Position numbers and translations under genes: made by a program | Shown: piece after piece, positions 11,008 through 23,310 of the stretch | Numbering within the stretch: position 1 is the first letter of the stretch | How the letters are laid out: each line of letters starts with the position of its first letter | DNA from: Mobula hypostoma | Lineage: Eukaryota | NCBI RefSeq assembly: GCF_963921235.1 | Contig: NC_086097.1 | Span: forward strand, 13,640,001-13,704,000 | Direction: 5' to 3' | Length of the DNA stretch: 64,000 bases | The notes under the pieces: generated by a model | Databases searched by the model: none | Seen by the model: only the letters and a program-made list of their open reading frames with translations | What the model was told of the DNA's origin: nothing

Positions 11008-12529
11008 CAAGCAGGTGTACCTAATAAAATGGCCACCGTGTGTATATGCATACGTACCGTATATGCGCACGTACCGTATATGCGCACACTCACATACACA
11101 TACGGTATATAACAATTCACATATGTGGGCAGTCTGGAAATGAAGTTCATCTCAAACTCAAGTGGCTCATTGAAAGCAACTTTGACAAATGAGAACCAGG
11201 AATGAAAGATCCTCCAGTCAATGTTTGGAGCTGCAGAAAAGTCTTTCACTGAACTTGAACCAGACACAGTGTAAATTGCAGCTTATTACACCTGCTTCAC
11301 TGTGAGGCCCAGTTTTGGGGAGTGATTTTCTGTGCACCAATAATGCTGAAGAAATGATAAACCCAAAATTATACCAGGCTGATTTTTGATCCCTCTGGCA
11401 GGTGTCTAACACAAACCATAGGTCCCCCAGGTATGTACAAGGAGAACTGAAATACAAAACTAGGTAGGAATAAGCAGGCAGGACACGGACAAATATGCAA
11501 CAACACCGAGGATTCTTCAGTGGAAACCTGATTGCTAATTATAGATTAATTCTTATGAATACCCATGTTTACAAAAGCCCTCCTGTGGAGCCAGAAAATG
11601 CAGGAGAAGTCCCTAGGACCTGGCATCTATCATGCCTGTTGCCCCAAGGTCCCACTCCAAACCTCCTCCTGAGACTTTCCCTCTGGGTGCTGCCGTGGAG
11701 GTGTGCCTCCCAATATTTGGTCTGTGAAGGTGAAACAGGTGGCATCAGCTCACGCATAAAATTCTAATGAATTACTGTACGCGGACCAATTTAGGTCCAG
11801 CCTCAGGTCTCTCTCTGGGGCTTGTAAATTTATCCCCAAAGGATTGTAGAAGAAACGGTGAAGGACACATGTGGCTCATAAAGGAGGGAAAGCACAATTT
11901 GTTTCAATTGATTCTATCAGTCAACAAACTGGATGGCACCAGGATTTTTCAATAAGGTGTTGAGAAATAGCTGTCGAATCCTTAGCTGTGTCAGTAGGGA
12001 AACAGATTGACAACAGGAGGTAGCTGTGCTAAAGTTTCCTAAGTCATCCGACATTGTCTTGACAGCGTAGTGTTTATTGTAATGCTTTACACACTGGTTC
12101 GATTCCTTACGCTGTCCGTAAGGAGTTTGTACATTCTTCTCATGATGGTGTGAGTTTTCGCTGGGCACTCCAGTGTTGTCCCACATTCTAAAGACGTATG
12201 GGTTACTAGGGTAATTGGTCAGGTGGTTGTAACTGGGTGGTGCAGGGCTCTTTGGGGAAAACAGCTCATAACTATGCTGTGTCTCAAAAAAAAAATTAAA
12301 TAAAGACCAGCTCTTTTGGCTGAGATTTGGGAGTGAATAATATTATTTAGTTCAGAATAGTAAATGTACAAGTTTGTAGCATTAGCACACTGCATTCTGC
12401 CACTGAAATTCAGTTTTAATGAATAGGCTGAGTTTCAGAGAAAATGACAAAGCACTGATGCTGGGACATACAAAGAGTGAACTCCTACTCTTTAGAAATT
12501 TATTAAAGATTCAAGATTCAAGATTCAAC

Positions 12530-12947
12530 CCCCAAGAGGATCACAACCTTGTTGTGTTTTAGATGCTTGCGTGCCTCAATAACCTAGAGAGCTGTGTTAA
12601 CTGGAGTCAGGGCTTTATGCTTTGACTCTTGGTAGGGTCACCCATGCCAAACAGGTCAAACAGTAGAGGACAGACTAAGAGTGGTCTACCAGTCTTCCAG
12701 ATTTGGAGGTTCAGTTCGGGGCTTACAACCCTGACTGGTAAAACAAAACTGTTACCCAAACAGCAACGAAGAAACAGCCTACTTCTGAGTGTGGCAGTAT
12801 TCTGGAGTCTCCAGCTGGGACTTGCATGACTGACAGTAGTGAAAACCAAGAGGAAGCTACTGACATGATGAATGAAGCCCTGAACACCACCAGAGATGGA
12901 GGATCTTCATTGCTGCCCTAAACACCAGTGGGATAATGGGCAGTAAC
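12530..12947 (+). mobile_element. Bipartite RTE-derived non-autonomous element (RTE 5' end fused to RTE 3' end)
   Basis: 5' GGATCACAACCTTGTTGTG...GGTAGGGTCACCCATGCCAAACAGGTC resembles RTE/BovB-type 5' ends. 3' GATGGAGGATCTTCATTGCTGCCCTA...CAGTAA is RTE-like. Sits within (TTCAAGA)n. Confidence 0.65.
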
Positions 12948-14199
12948 ATTCAAGATTCAAGATTACTTAATGTCGTTTCCAGTACACAAGTGTAAGGATA
13001 ACAGTCTGATCCTTTATGATGATACAAACCTTTTTCAAGCACCTTTCTGTATATATGCCCATTCTGTATATATGGTGCCATTGATGCATAGGCAGTTTTG
13101 ACTCATGGTAAAGCATTGCCCACCACAGTGCAGTTTCCATACCATGCAGAGAAGAAGAAATCCTCCGATCCTTATATCCTGCTCAGACAACTATCCAATT
13201 GCAACCCTTCTGTGCTATATCCCATAGCTTTTGAAATCTTTATCTTCCAAATACTAATTCATTTTCTTTTTAAAAATTGGCACTCCTGAGGCCTCACTGT
13301 AAAGGCATCAACAGTTAGAATCATGTGTTTCATCATCTACTTGAGGAATATTCTCCAAGGGTCAACACAAATAAAATGGTCCTTCTTTAATTGTGATCAA
13401 CAGTACAGAACATTTGATTTGGACATCTATGCTGAGGCATCAGAACACTTCCTGAGTATTATTGGACAAATATATGCATGGATCCTCCATTTTGGATAAT
13501 TATTTGAGCCCTGATACCACCTCATTGCATATATTCCCGAGCAAGACACACAATCTAAGATAGGTTTCTTCGACCCAATCAAGTTGAAGTTCAGGTTTAT
13601 TGTCATTCAACCGTACACATGTATAAAGCCAAATGAAACACTGTTCCTCCAGACTAAGGTGCACATCACAGTACATATAAATCGCACACATCATATAAAG
13701 TCATATTACCACAAATTAATAAACAAATATTACAATGCATTTACACCATAAGTTAAAAAGGAAACAGTATGATGCAACTGGCATTTCATATGAGATGAGA
13801 AGTAGATGATGGCAGGGAGTTCAGTAGTCTTATAGCCAGAGGTAGAAGCTGTATCCCATCCTAACAGTCCTTATCTTAATGTTTAGGTACCTCCTGCCTG
13901 ATGGAAGGGGAGATATATTAGTAGATACTGTAGATTTCTGCCAGTTACATTAATCAAATGGAGTTCTCAACTGTGATTGATTCCTTCAACAGCATCACAG
14001 ATTAAACCTCACCTATGTTAAAATAGCACGATAAACCCTGAGGAAGATAATCTATTGGATTATATTGGCATGTGTTCCAATGTGGCAGGGAGTGATAGTT
14101 GGTAATCTGAGATCGCCAGCCTTTGGGTGTGCAAAGATGAATAAATATTCATTTTTGATCATCTCTGCAGTTTGTTGGGTATTTTCAAGCAAAAGGGGA

Positions 14200-14425
14200 T
14201 GGTTTGAAGATTTCTTCCTCATTCATTCTTTCTTTCTTCCTTTATTCCTTCCATTCTTACTTATTTTTATCTTTCTCTGTCTCAGTCCTTTCTCTGTCAT
14301 TCTCTCTTTCTTGTTCTTCCTCTCTTTGTCTCTGCTTCTCTTTTTTTGTCCCTTTTGCTCATGTTCTTGCAATCCATTCTCCATCACCCTCTTCTTCCTT
14401 CCCTCTGTTTTTCCTTTGTTTCTTT
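14200..14425. repeat. Polypyrimidine low-complexity tract
   Basis: Almost entirely C/T on the + strand. Confidence 0.85.
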
Positions 14426-14610
14426 AATTCAAAGCAGAACATTAATTACCACTATGTAGAGATGGCAGTAAGATGTACTTAATACCATTCTGATGTACCA
14501 CATGACATCAATCATGTTTTATGCCAGATTAGAGAAAAACGTCCCATTTCAAACAACCCTACCATAGTATCAGTAAAATGGAAATATTGTCCATACTCCA
14601 TTACTACTGT

Positions 14611-14981
14611 TATCATCAACATTATGTGCCAAGTTGTATGACGTGGGCAATCATGGTCTATATGACTATAATTGTTCTTGTAAATTTTTCTTTAAAAGTG
14701 ATATACCATTGTCTTCTGTAGAATTTTATTTAGTCCCCCTCTCCTAAGCCTTGTTTAGCCTTACAGTAGCTAGCTTGTAGATCATCCTGGGGCAAGGTGT
14801 AGCACCTACTTAAACCAACTCCGCCCCCATCATGTGAAGCCATGGGAGCAGATGGTGGATGGTCGTCTGAGCAGCTGGTGCATATCACATGTCCTGGTTA
14901 TGCAGCCACTGGCGCCAAGCAGCCAATCTCTGAAGAGTTGATGGCTGGGGTAAAGACGCTGTCCAGAAGAAGGCAATGGCA
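14611..14981 (-). mobile_element. RTE-tail SINE with inverted 5' half
   Basis: 3' half on - (14611-14718), 5' half on + (about 14770-14981). Family also at 19062-19333(+), 34180-34500(-), 41380-41480(-) and 60825-61205(-). Shares AGAAGGCAATGGCAAACCACT and an (ATG)n tail. Confidence 0.7.
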
Positions 14982-15928
14982 TGTCTTGAAGTTCTAAAAC
15001 TTCCCTTTCCTCACTGAAATTAAAAGACCTAATTTCCCCAAAGTGTTGACTGACTGTAAAGTGCCTGAATCTGCCTAAAGGTTGGATGAGAACCTATGTA
15101 GATGCAATATCAACTCGTGCAAAGTTGAATGGTCACTTTTTGCAGCAGCTTTGCTGAGTGCAGCAAAGCAAAAGAATCCTCAAACAGCTGAACAAATTTC
15201 TCAGTGGCAACTTCATTTTTTGTTCACATATAACTGCTCTAATTGATGGACCAAAGGAAGAGGCAAATTAAACCACATCATGTCTGGATACACCCCTATA
15301 AATCTGATGCGGATCATCTCTAAGTATACTATACTCATTGAAAGTGTGGTCAAAATAACACACAAGTTCTCCTAACTGCATTCAAGTATCCAGCCTAGAC
15401 AGGACACCACACACATGTCCTTTTTTTTACCGGGGGTGAAGGTTAGGGATTTGCAGCGGTTAACTTCTGAGAGGCCTCTCACAGGACCATTGAGGGTTTC
15501 CTCAACTCTTGACAAAATCTTGAACTGGATCACCTTTTTTGAAGTACATTTGTCCTCTTTGGCACCGTGCTTCTCCATCCTCTCCACTCCAGGTCCATCT
15601 CCAGTCTGATACAGTCAACTTGGTACGGCATTCATTGATTCAATTATTATTGTTATTCTATTATGGATTTATTGAGTATTCCCACAAGAAACTGAATCTC
15701 AAGGTTGTATATGGTGACGTATATGGTAATAATTTTACTTTGAACTTTGAATGTTCTTCCTGTGTACACATAGGTTTCTTCTGGGTGCTCCAGTTTCCTC
15801 CTACAGTCCACAAACCGGTTAGTAAATTAATTGTCCTGTGACTAGATTATGTTTAAATAGGTGGCTTTCTGGCATTGCAGCTCATTGGGGAGGAGGGCCT
15901 GTTCTATGGTCTGATCTCTTAATAAATA

Positions 15929-16233
15929 AAAGGCATCCATTAGTCTTGCGAGACCATGGATCTGCACGTGGAAAGTCTTCACTCTCTCAGGCCTGGGCAA
16001 GGTTGTATGGAAGAACAGCAGTTGCCCATGCTGCAAGTCTCCCCTCTCCATGACACCAATGTTGTCCAAGGGAAGGGCAGTAGGACCCATACAGCTTGGC
16101 ACCAGTGTCGTTGCAGACCAACGTGTGATTAAGTGTCTTGCTCAAGGACACAACACGTTCTCTCGGCTGGGACTCGAACTCACGACCTTCAGGTAGCTAG
16201 TCCAATGCCTTAACCACTTGGCCATGTGCCCAC
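15929..16233 (-). mobile_element. tRNA-derived SINE, full length
   Basis: A box TGGCCAAGTGG, B box GTTCGAGTC. 13-bp TSD CTCTTAATAAATA (15916-15928/16234-16246). Confidence 0.9.
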
Positions 16234-17029
16234 CTCTTAATAAATACAAAAATAGATACTCATTTTCTTTACCCTGTAGTAAATGCCCTTTCTCGTGAAG
16301 AACAGGAGTTTCCAAGTGTGGTGGAAGGGAGGAAGCAGAGAGATGATCAAAATATATCTAACTAATTTACTTCAGAAATCCGTACTGTGACGTACAGTTT
16401 TGTCAACATGCTCCAGTTTAAATCAGGCAGCCTACATATCGCAATCTGTCCTCTTGAAACCATCCAATCTATTCCAAATCAACTTAGTTCCTTAAAATAG
16501 AGCCATTGGTCACAAAGATGAAGCCAAGTCCATTTTGTGGGATGCATACAAGGAAAGTTTGTCCTGCACACCCCGCCCCCTCCCCTCCTCACCCCAAGCT
16601 GATGATCAATGGCTGAAAATCAGAAAGGAAATTTGGAAGTCAATGCATAGTGGGTGAAGACTGAAGATTGGAGACTGGAGGACTGGCCCCTGGAGTTGTG
16701 TGAAGGGGAGGAGGGTGAAATAGCGAAATAGAGAAATAGAGAAATGGAGCCTGTTTTGCTGTTGTTTTGTTGTTTATTGTGTTATATTTTATTAGTTTTC
16801 TAGCTCTCCTCAGCATTGTGGACATGCTATGTTGGCACCAGACTGTGTGGGGTGATACTTGCCCGCAGCGTATCCTTAGATGTGTTAGTAAACACAAATA
16901 CAGTCACCTCTCACTGTATGTTTTGATGTGCATGTGATAAATAAATCTGAAGCTGAAGTTCCTTCTGAAACATACGATGTGCAGGCTGGTAACAAAGAGT
17001 TCCATGGTGGTTAGTACATTTTAATGGGA

Positions 17030-17832
17030 CTTAGTGGGACTTCCCTGTGGCCAAGCATTTCATTTTCCATTCTCACTCCCAGTCCAACGTGTCAGACCAT
17101 AGCCTCCTCTTCTGCCAAGAAAAGGCCCCCCTCTGAATGGAGGAGCAACACCGTATATTCCAACCTGAAGGGATAAATATCAATTTCCCCTTCCTATAAA
17201 CAAATTTCACCCTGCCCCACTTTCTTCTATTCCCCACTCTGACCTTTTACTTCTCACCTGCCTATTACTTCACCCTGGGTCCCCCTCCTTTCCTTTCTCC
17301 TATGGTCCTCTGTCCTCTCCTATCAGATTCTTTCTTCTCCAGCCCTTGACCTCTCCCACCCACCTAGCTTCACCTCTCACCTTCCAGCTATCCTTCTTCC
17401 CCTCCCCTCATCTTTTTATTCTGTCATCTTCCCCCTTCCTTCTCAGTCCTGAAGAAGGGTCTTGGTCTGAAATGTCAACTATCTTTCATTTGCATAGGTA
17501 CTGCCAGACCTGCCGTGTTCCTCCAGTATTTTGTGTATATCGCTTTGGATTGGCAACATCTGCAGACGTTCCAAACCTCAAATTCCTTCTTCTCCAGCCC
17601 TAGACCTTTCCCAAACCCTGGCTTCATCTATTACCTTCCAGCTGGCATCTTCCCTTTCACCCTCCCTTCTTATTCTGGCATCTTCCCCCCTTTCTTCTCA
17701 GTCCTGAACAAGAGTCTCGACCCGAAACATCAACTGTCTATTCATTTCCATAGGTGCTACCTGACCTGCTGAGCTCCTCTGGCATTTTGGCTGTGTTACT
17801 CTGGATTTTCAGCACCTGCTGAATTTCTCATA
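17030..17832 (+). mobile_element. Older Penelope-like fragment with tandemly duplicated 3' region
   Basis: Decayed GIY-YIG end, then two direct copies (about 17330-17570 and 17580-17832), each with a hammerhead remnant (17445-17480, 17700-17735). Confidence 0.8.
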
Positions 17833-19061
17833 TTTATAATTATTATATTTTAGTTTTGCATAAGTAGTAACTCAGTAGAAGAGTGTCAAAGCATGCAGCA
17901 GCAGAATAACTGAGCACATCACTTGCTTTACACTGGATGGTGGTCATTGCTGCCTGATGCCTTATCAGGGGTTTAATTTCAACGCAAATCCTTCAGGGAA
18001 CTACTTCATCTTCTGAGCCCATGCCAAGAGAATTCTCATCTTCCCGCTTGTCTGCAGGCACTTTGGAGGTTCTAATGCGGCTGGCTTGATACTATTAATC
18101 CTGCTTCAAGTTGATACATGCAAATGCTGGCGGGAAAAAAACATAGAGAGAGTGGAAAATGAAAAAAAACTGAAAGCGTCCAAGTGACGACCACAAGCCA
18201 TACTGTCGTGAGAGTGACCCTAATTTTAACCCAAACTAACCCTTCGTCATCAGTTCAAAAAAATTTATAACACACCTTTGTGTCCTCACATCGCCTCATA
18301 AAAGAACATTTACCCAATATAGGCAGTACATTATGGCAAGGCTCTGTTATTAACAGCATCATCCACACTAAGAGACCCAGCAGCCTTCCCAATTAACTTA
18401 TTTGATTGAGCTCTGTAAAAGCAATCACATTTATTTACTTTAGCTGTATTTCCTTTCGTTTAAACCAGAATGAACTCCAATAGTTATCGTTCGACCTGAC
18501 ACAGGCAGATCAGGCTGTATCAGAGAAAAAAATAAAGTGACTGCAAAGGGAGATAAGAAAATTACTGCTGTTCAGGACATTGTAACTTAAGTGCTGGATG
18601 CAGTATTGAGTTGATCCTCTTTAAAGAATTATATCATGCAACCTAGTGGTCTCTGTATGTGTAATAGTGGGAAATGGGGCCAATGTAGATGAGTTCTTGA
18701 TGGCAGGTACATGGAAGCCCAAACCGTCTGCTTCTTTGAGCTGACAAAGGAGCAATGTTTAGGATAGATGCTGGAGAAAAACCTACAAACCACTCGCCAG
18801 GACTGAAACAGGTCTCAGTCTGATACAGTGATTGTTCATTTCCTTCCATAGATGCTGCTTGATCTTCTGAGTTCCTTCAGCATTTGTGTGTGTTGATCCA
18901 GAATTCTAGCATCTGCAGTCTCTCTTGTGTTTCCTGGTTTAGGATCGAATTTTCCAGGAAGGTTGATTGATTGATCTATTTATTTATATATAACTTATTT
19001 AGAGATACAGCACGGAGCAGGCTCTTCTGGCCCAATGAGCCGTGTTACCCAGCAATCCACC

Positions 19062-19333
19062 GATCAGAGTTAGGTGAAGCCATGCGAACAGGTGGTGGAT
19101 GGTCATATGAGCAACTGGTGCATACCGCAGTCCGGGTTATGCAACCACTGACACCAGGCAGACAATCGCTGAAGAGTATTGATAATGGCTGGGGTCACCT
19201 GTCTTGTAAAGACGGTTCCCAGAAGAAGACAGTGGCAAACCACTTCCATAGAAAAATTTGCCAGTAACAATCGTAGTTACAAGACCATGATGGTCCACAT
19301 CATACGACACAGCACATAATGATAATGATGATG
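19062..19333 (+). mobile_element. RTE-tail SINE
   Basis: Homologous to 34180-34500 and 60825-61205. Ends in (ATG)n. Confidence 0.75.
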
Positions 19334-20336
19334 CCCAATCTGAGGGGGTAAAAGTGAAAATGTCCAGAGCTGGTTAAGTCTTTGATTATGCTGGCTGCTT
19401 TATTGAGTAGCAAGTATATACAGAGTCTGGTTGCTGTGGTGAGCTGTGTTGTGTGTCCACAGCTCTCTGTCGGTTCTTGCTCTCTAGGGCAGTGCAAATG
19501 TCATATATAAGATTGCACATAATACACTATCTGCTTTCCAAAAAAATAACATTCTTTGTATCTGATAATAACCTTTGAAATGGTTTAGGAGCTCAAGGTT
19601 TTCATTCATCTCTGTGACTCTATGAATAAGACAAATGCATGAAAGACATACCATTGCAATTATGTTGACATATGAGAGAATTCAGTTGCTGGAAATCTAC
19701 AGTAAAACACAAAATGGTGGATTAAGGTCGGATGAAGGGTCTTGCTCAAAATGTTGACTTTTCATTTCCCTCTACATGTTTTCTGCCTGACCTACTGAGT
19801 TTCTCTAGTGTTCTGTGAGTAAGCATGTTGAAATTTGTTTCTGCGATTTCATTGGTGGCCACAGAACTGAACCTCAATAATGAACATCTACAAATAAGCA
19901 ATACTATATAGCGAATTTAGTGCATTCAATGAAGAACCAGTTCCTCAACAGGGAATATCTCAAGTGATTAAAACAAAGTAGCTTTTTGTGGTTATTGTGC
20001 GAGAGCTGATTTTTATAGCTAAAATTGCACAGATGTAGAATAGTAAATTCACTACTTGGTGAATGTTAAAAGTTAGTCGGTGAAGCCCTGAACACCTGAC
20101 CATTATTCCTGTTGCAAGATATGGATGGGTGCAATCTCATAGAGCCAAAAAAGAACGAAGGCCTTAAGTACTTAACTGTAACTAAGAAATCAAAGTCACA
20201 AGAAAGAATAAACTACCTACTGGTGGAAATCACATCAGACCATTGCAGGGTTCAAGGTGAAAAAAGTTGATGGTTCCTTCCCCCCACAGGTTCTACTGAA
20301 CCGACTGTTTCCACCAGCAGATAGACTCTTGCTCCA

Positions 20337-20703
20337 TGTTACAGATTCTTGTCAAATGTAGAGGAGGCTTGACCCAAAACTAGAGCAGCAGAGACAACTT
20401 AGCAGTAAATGGTAACTTCTAATAATAGACTACAAGATAACAAGCCACAAGGGGCCACAAAACAACAGAGAATATTAATTGAATACAACAGGCAAGAAGG
20501 CAAACTTTAGGCTGGGAGAGTGAAAGCTAGGAGCAATTGGTTGAGACCAGCTGAGTCCATGAATGAGTAAGAGCTGTGGATGAGAACTGGGGTTAAATAG
20601 ACTACAGGTGATGAGTCGGGAATGAGCAACAGGTGAATCCAGCTAACTGGGTGGCTACTGGGAGGTGCTTGCATGTGCAGGCTGGGATGTGTCAGCAGGA
20701 ACA
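20337..20703 (-). mobile_element. Probable old solo LTR (Gypsy-like)
   Basis: Interrupts a Penelope-derived fragment. Approximate TG...CA ends. TTAAATAGAC and ACAGGTG motifs recall fish Gypsy LTRs. No clear TSD. Confidence 0.35.
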
Positions 20704-22013
20704 AGCTTCTATAGTTTCATGTGTCTCCATAGTCAGAAGGATATGTTATTGTAGTCAGTTTTTTTCCTGATAATAATTACAATTATTACTGAAACACTGA
20801 AAAATAGCGTTCCCGGTCAACCCAGCATTTATTGACATCCCAATAGCCCAATTATCGAATGATTTGCTGGCCCATTTGGAAGGGCAATTAAAAGCCAGCC
20901 ACATGGCTTTTGGTTGGAATCAGACATAAACTAAACTGGATTATCTATCTGAATTGTTTCTCCCTCCCACAGATGCTGCCCAACTGCATGGCATTTTGAG
21001 CATTTTCTGGGTAAGAACAGCAGACTGGCTTTCTGGCAGTCACCCATTAGTGATTTGATGAGTTTTTAACCACCATCAGGGAATTCCATGACACCATGAC
21101 TTTAATTTTGTTTCTGTTCAAAATTGCTTCGTTACCTGTTTAATTTAATTCCTTTAAAAATACTCAACTATTGAATGCAATTATGTCATCAAATAGAAAT
21201 TACTAATAGCCAATTGTAGAGAAGGCTTTGGTTGACCTTTTCAGAGTAGTTTTTGAGCAGCTAACAAGTCACTAGGATAAAAGACATAGTGCTTGGTTGA
21301 CTGATCATAATTTTATGAAGACTTAAGTTCCTATGCTCAACCCTATCTAGATCTCAGTTAATTAATGATGCAAGAAATGTCACCATTTAGCCAAGTGACA
21401 ATAGCCCTGTGAAAACAAACACAAAATGGTAACTCCAACTCAGGAGGTTGTAAAGGTGGAGACACTTTCAAGGATTCTTCATCTTAAATTCACAATATTT
21501 ATTGCTCCTTTATTGTTATTAATTATTTTTTCTCAGCTCAAGCTGGTAAAACCAGAGGTACAGGCAGAGCCAAGCATGCTCACTCGTCAATTGCTAGGAA
21601 CTTTCAGACTATTCTAGTGACGTTTAGTATTGTGGCTTTCTGAAGATTTACATAGATATTACTTTGTAGCCCTAATTGTTTAATGTTATTGTGTAGTGCC
21701 TTAAGGGTGATACCAGTTGTAGATATTATTATCAGGATAATGTATACCTTGATCATGTTCCAAAGTCTTTAAATTTCCTCTTTTAATTTAGCATTTTTTT
21801 CTGGTGTTTTTCACTAATTGATTTGAGTGTGTTTGGAATGGCTATATCTATTAAGTAACCTGCCCTTGCTGGTTTATCCTGTATTATTATATCTGTGTGG
21901 TTATTATGGATTGCCCTTTCTGTAATAACTTATCTGTCATAATATAATTTATGACATTCTGACTCTAAAACTGTATTGGGAGATGATTATTATTATTATT
22001 TACTTTTACAGAA

Positions 22014-22319
22014 GTATGGTGCATGGCCAAGTGGTTAAGACATCGTTCTAGTGATCTGAAGGTCGCTAGTTCAAGCCTCAGCTGAGGCAGCATGTTGTGT
22101 CCTTGAGCAAGGCACTTAACCACACATTGCTCTGCGACGGCACCGGTTCCAAGCTGTATGGGTCCTAATGCCCTTCCCTTGGACAACATCGGTGGCGTGG
22201 AGAGGGGAGACTTGCAGCATGGGCAACTGCTGGTCTTCCATACAACATTGCCCAGGCCTGCGCCCTGGAAACTTTCCAAGGCACAAATCCATGGTCTCAC
22301 AAGGCTAACGGATGCCTAT
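22014..22319 (+). mobile_element. tRNA-derived SINE, full length
   Basis: Same family as 15929 and 30111. TSD TTTTACAGAA/TTTTACAAAA. Confidence 0.9.
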
Positions 22320-22692
22320 TTTTACAAAATACTCTAGTAATTCTATGTATTGCACTCTACTGCTGCTTCGAAAAAAAACAATTTTTTTTTTACATATATG
22401 ACTGATGATAAACCTGATTCCGATATGGGTCTCAGTAGTAGACGGCGAGTGGGAAGGGGGCAGGGAGCGGGAAGCACAGAGAGATGTTCTGTAATGATCA
22501 ATAAACCAACAGTTTGGAATCAAATGAACTTGCCTGGTGTCTTAGGGCTGGGTGTGCCAAGCCCCCAACCTTTGGCACTCCTTCTCTGCCACCTGTCCCA
22601 CATACTAGCACAGTGCTCCATCCTCACCATTCTCAACATCTTTTGCTCCCAACAGATTTACAAACTTCCCCTCCGCTCCATGTTGACAAATG

Positions 22693-22756
22693 TAGTACTG
22701 TGCAAAAGCCTTAAGCATCCTAGCTATTTGGCTTTTGTGATTTTTGCACAGTACTG
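22693..22756. mobile_element. Miniature Tc1-type inverted-repeat element (about 64 bp)
   Basis: AGTACTGTGCAAAA ... TTTTGCACAGTACTG followed by TA. Confidence 0.65.
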
Positions 22757-23039
22757 TATTTGCATCGTTTATTGTCTTTTGTATATCGGTTGTTTGACCA
22801 TCTTGTTGGTGCAGTCTTTCATTGATTCTGTTGTGGTTCTTTATATCCACTGTCAATGTCCACAAGAAAATGAATCTCAGGGTTGTATATAGTGACATAT
22901 ATATATACTTTGATATTAAATTTACTTTGAACTTTTGAATTTTGATATATATAGGGCAGTCTCAGGCAGATTCATGTAAATGACTTGGCAATCTACTGTT
23001 CTTGTCAAGAAAATGCATGAAATTGGACAGGTATTTGGA

Positions 23040-23310
23040 ATTGAGGTGGAAATGTTCAGTAATGGGTGAAACTGCAGCAGTTAGATAGAGGTTTGGAATG
23101 AGTGATAAGGATGCGGTGGCTGGTGGATACGTGGAACTGGGTGGAGATATGTCGACAAGGTGATAACTTGATGTGGATATTGAGAATGAATGGAATGGAG
23201 GTGTGAAGGAATGGTTGTGTTTTGGAGATGAGAGGTGGATATTGAATGGAGAAGAGGTGGAACAGATGGGTAGTAGGAATGAAATTGTTGTTGGGATGAG
23301 GAATGTATTT
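23040..23310. repeat. G/A/T-rich low-complexity tract
   Basis: Degenerate GGTGGA/GGAATG iterations; C-poor. Confidence 0.7.

Larger units (their letters stand above)
9151..11042 (-). mobile_element. Tc1 non-autonomous element split into four pieces by three nested retroelements
   Basis: Pieces at 9151-9320, 9931-9950, 10287-10580 and 11008-11042 are collinear with 708-1169. ORF 10304-10495 MGNKCDLSDFDHGVIV...GLSISETAD is a Tc1 HTH start. TIR GTACCTAATAAAATGGCCAC followed by TA. Confidence 0.88.

Noticed and set aside
12535..12600. Possible HDV-like ribozyme at the RTE-type 5' end
   Set aside because: I could not assemble the nested double pseudoknot from this decayed copy; a consensus-level descriptor search is needed.
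14065..14482. Hydrophobic ORFs resembling membrane proteins (also 22962-23384 and 63223-63548)
   Set aside because: Translation of low-complexity pyrimidine or purine tracts.
22014..22090. tRNA-like sequences with A/B boxes
   Set aside because: These are SINE heads followed by a shared body and flanked by TSDs, not tRNA genes.
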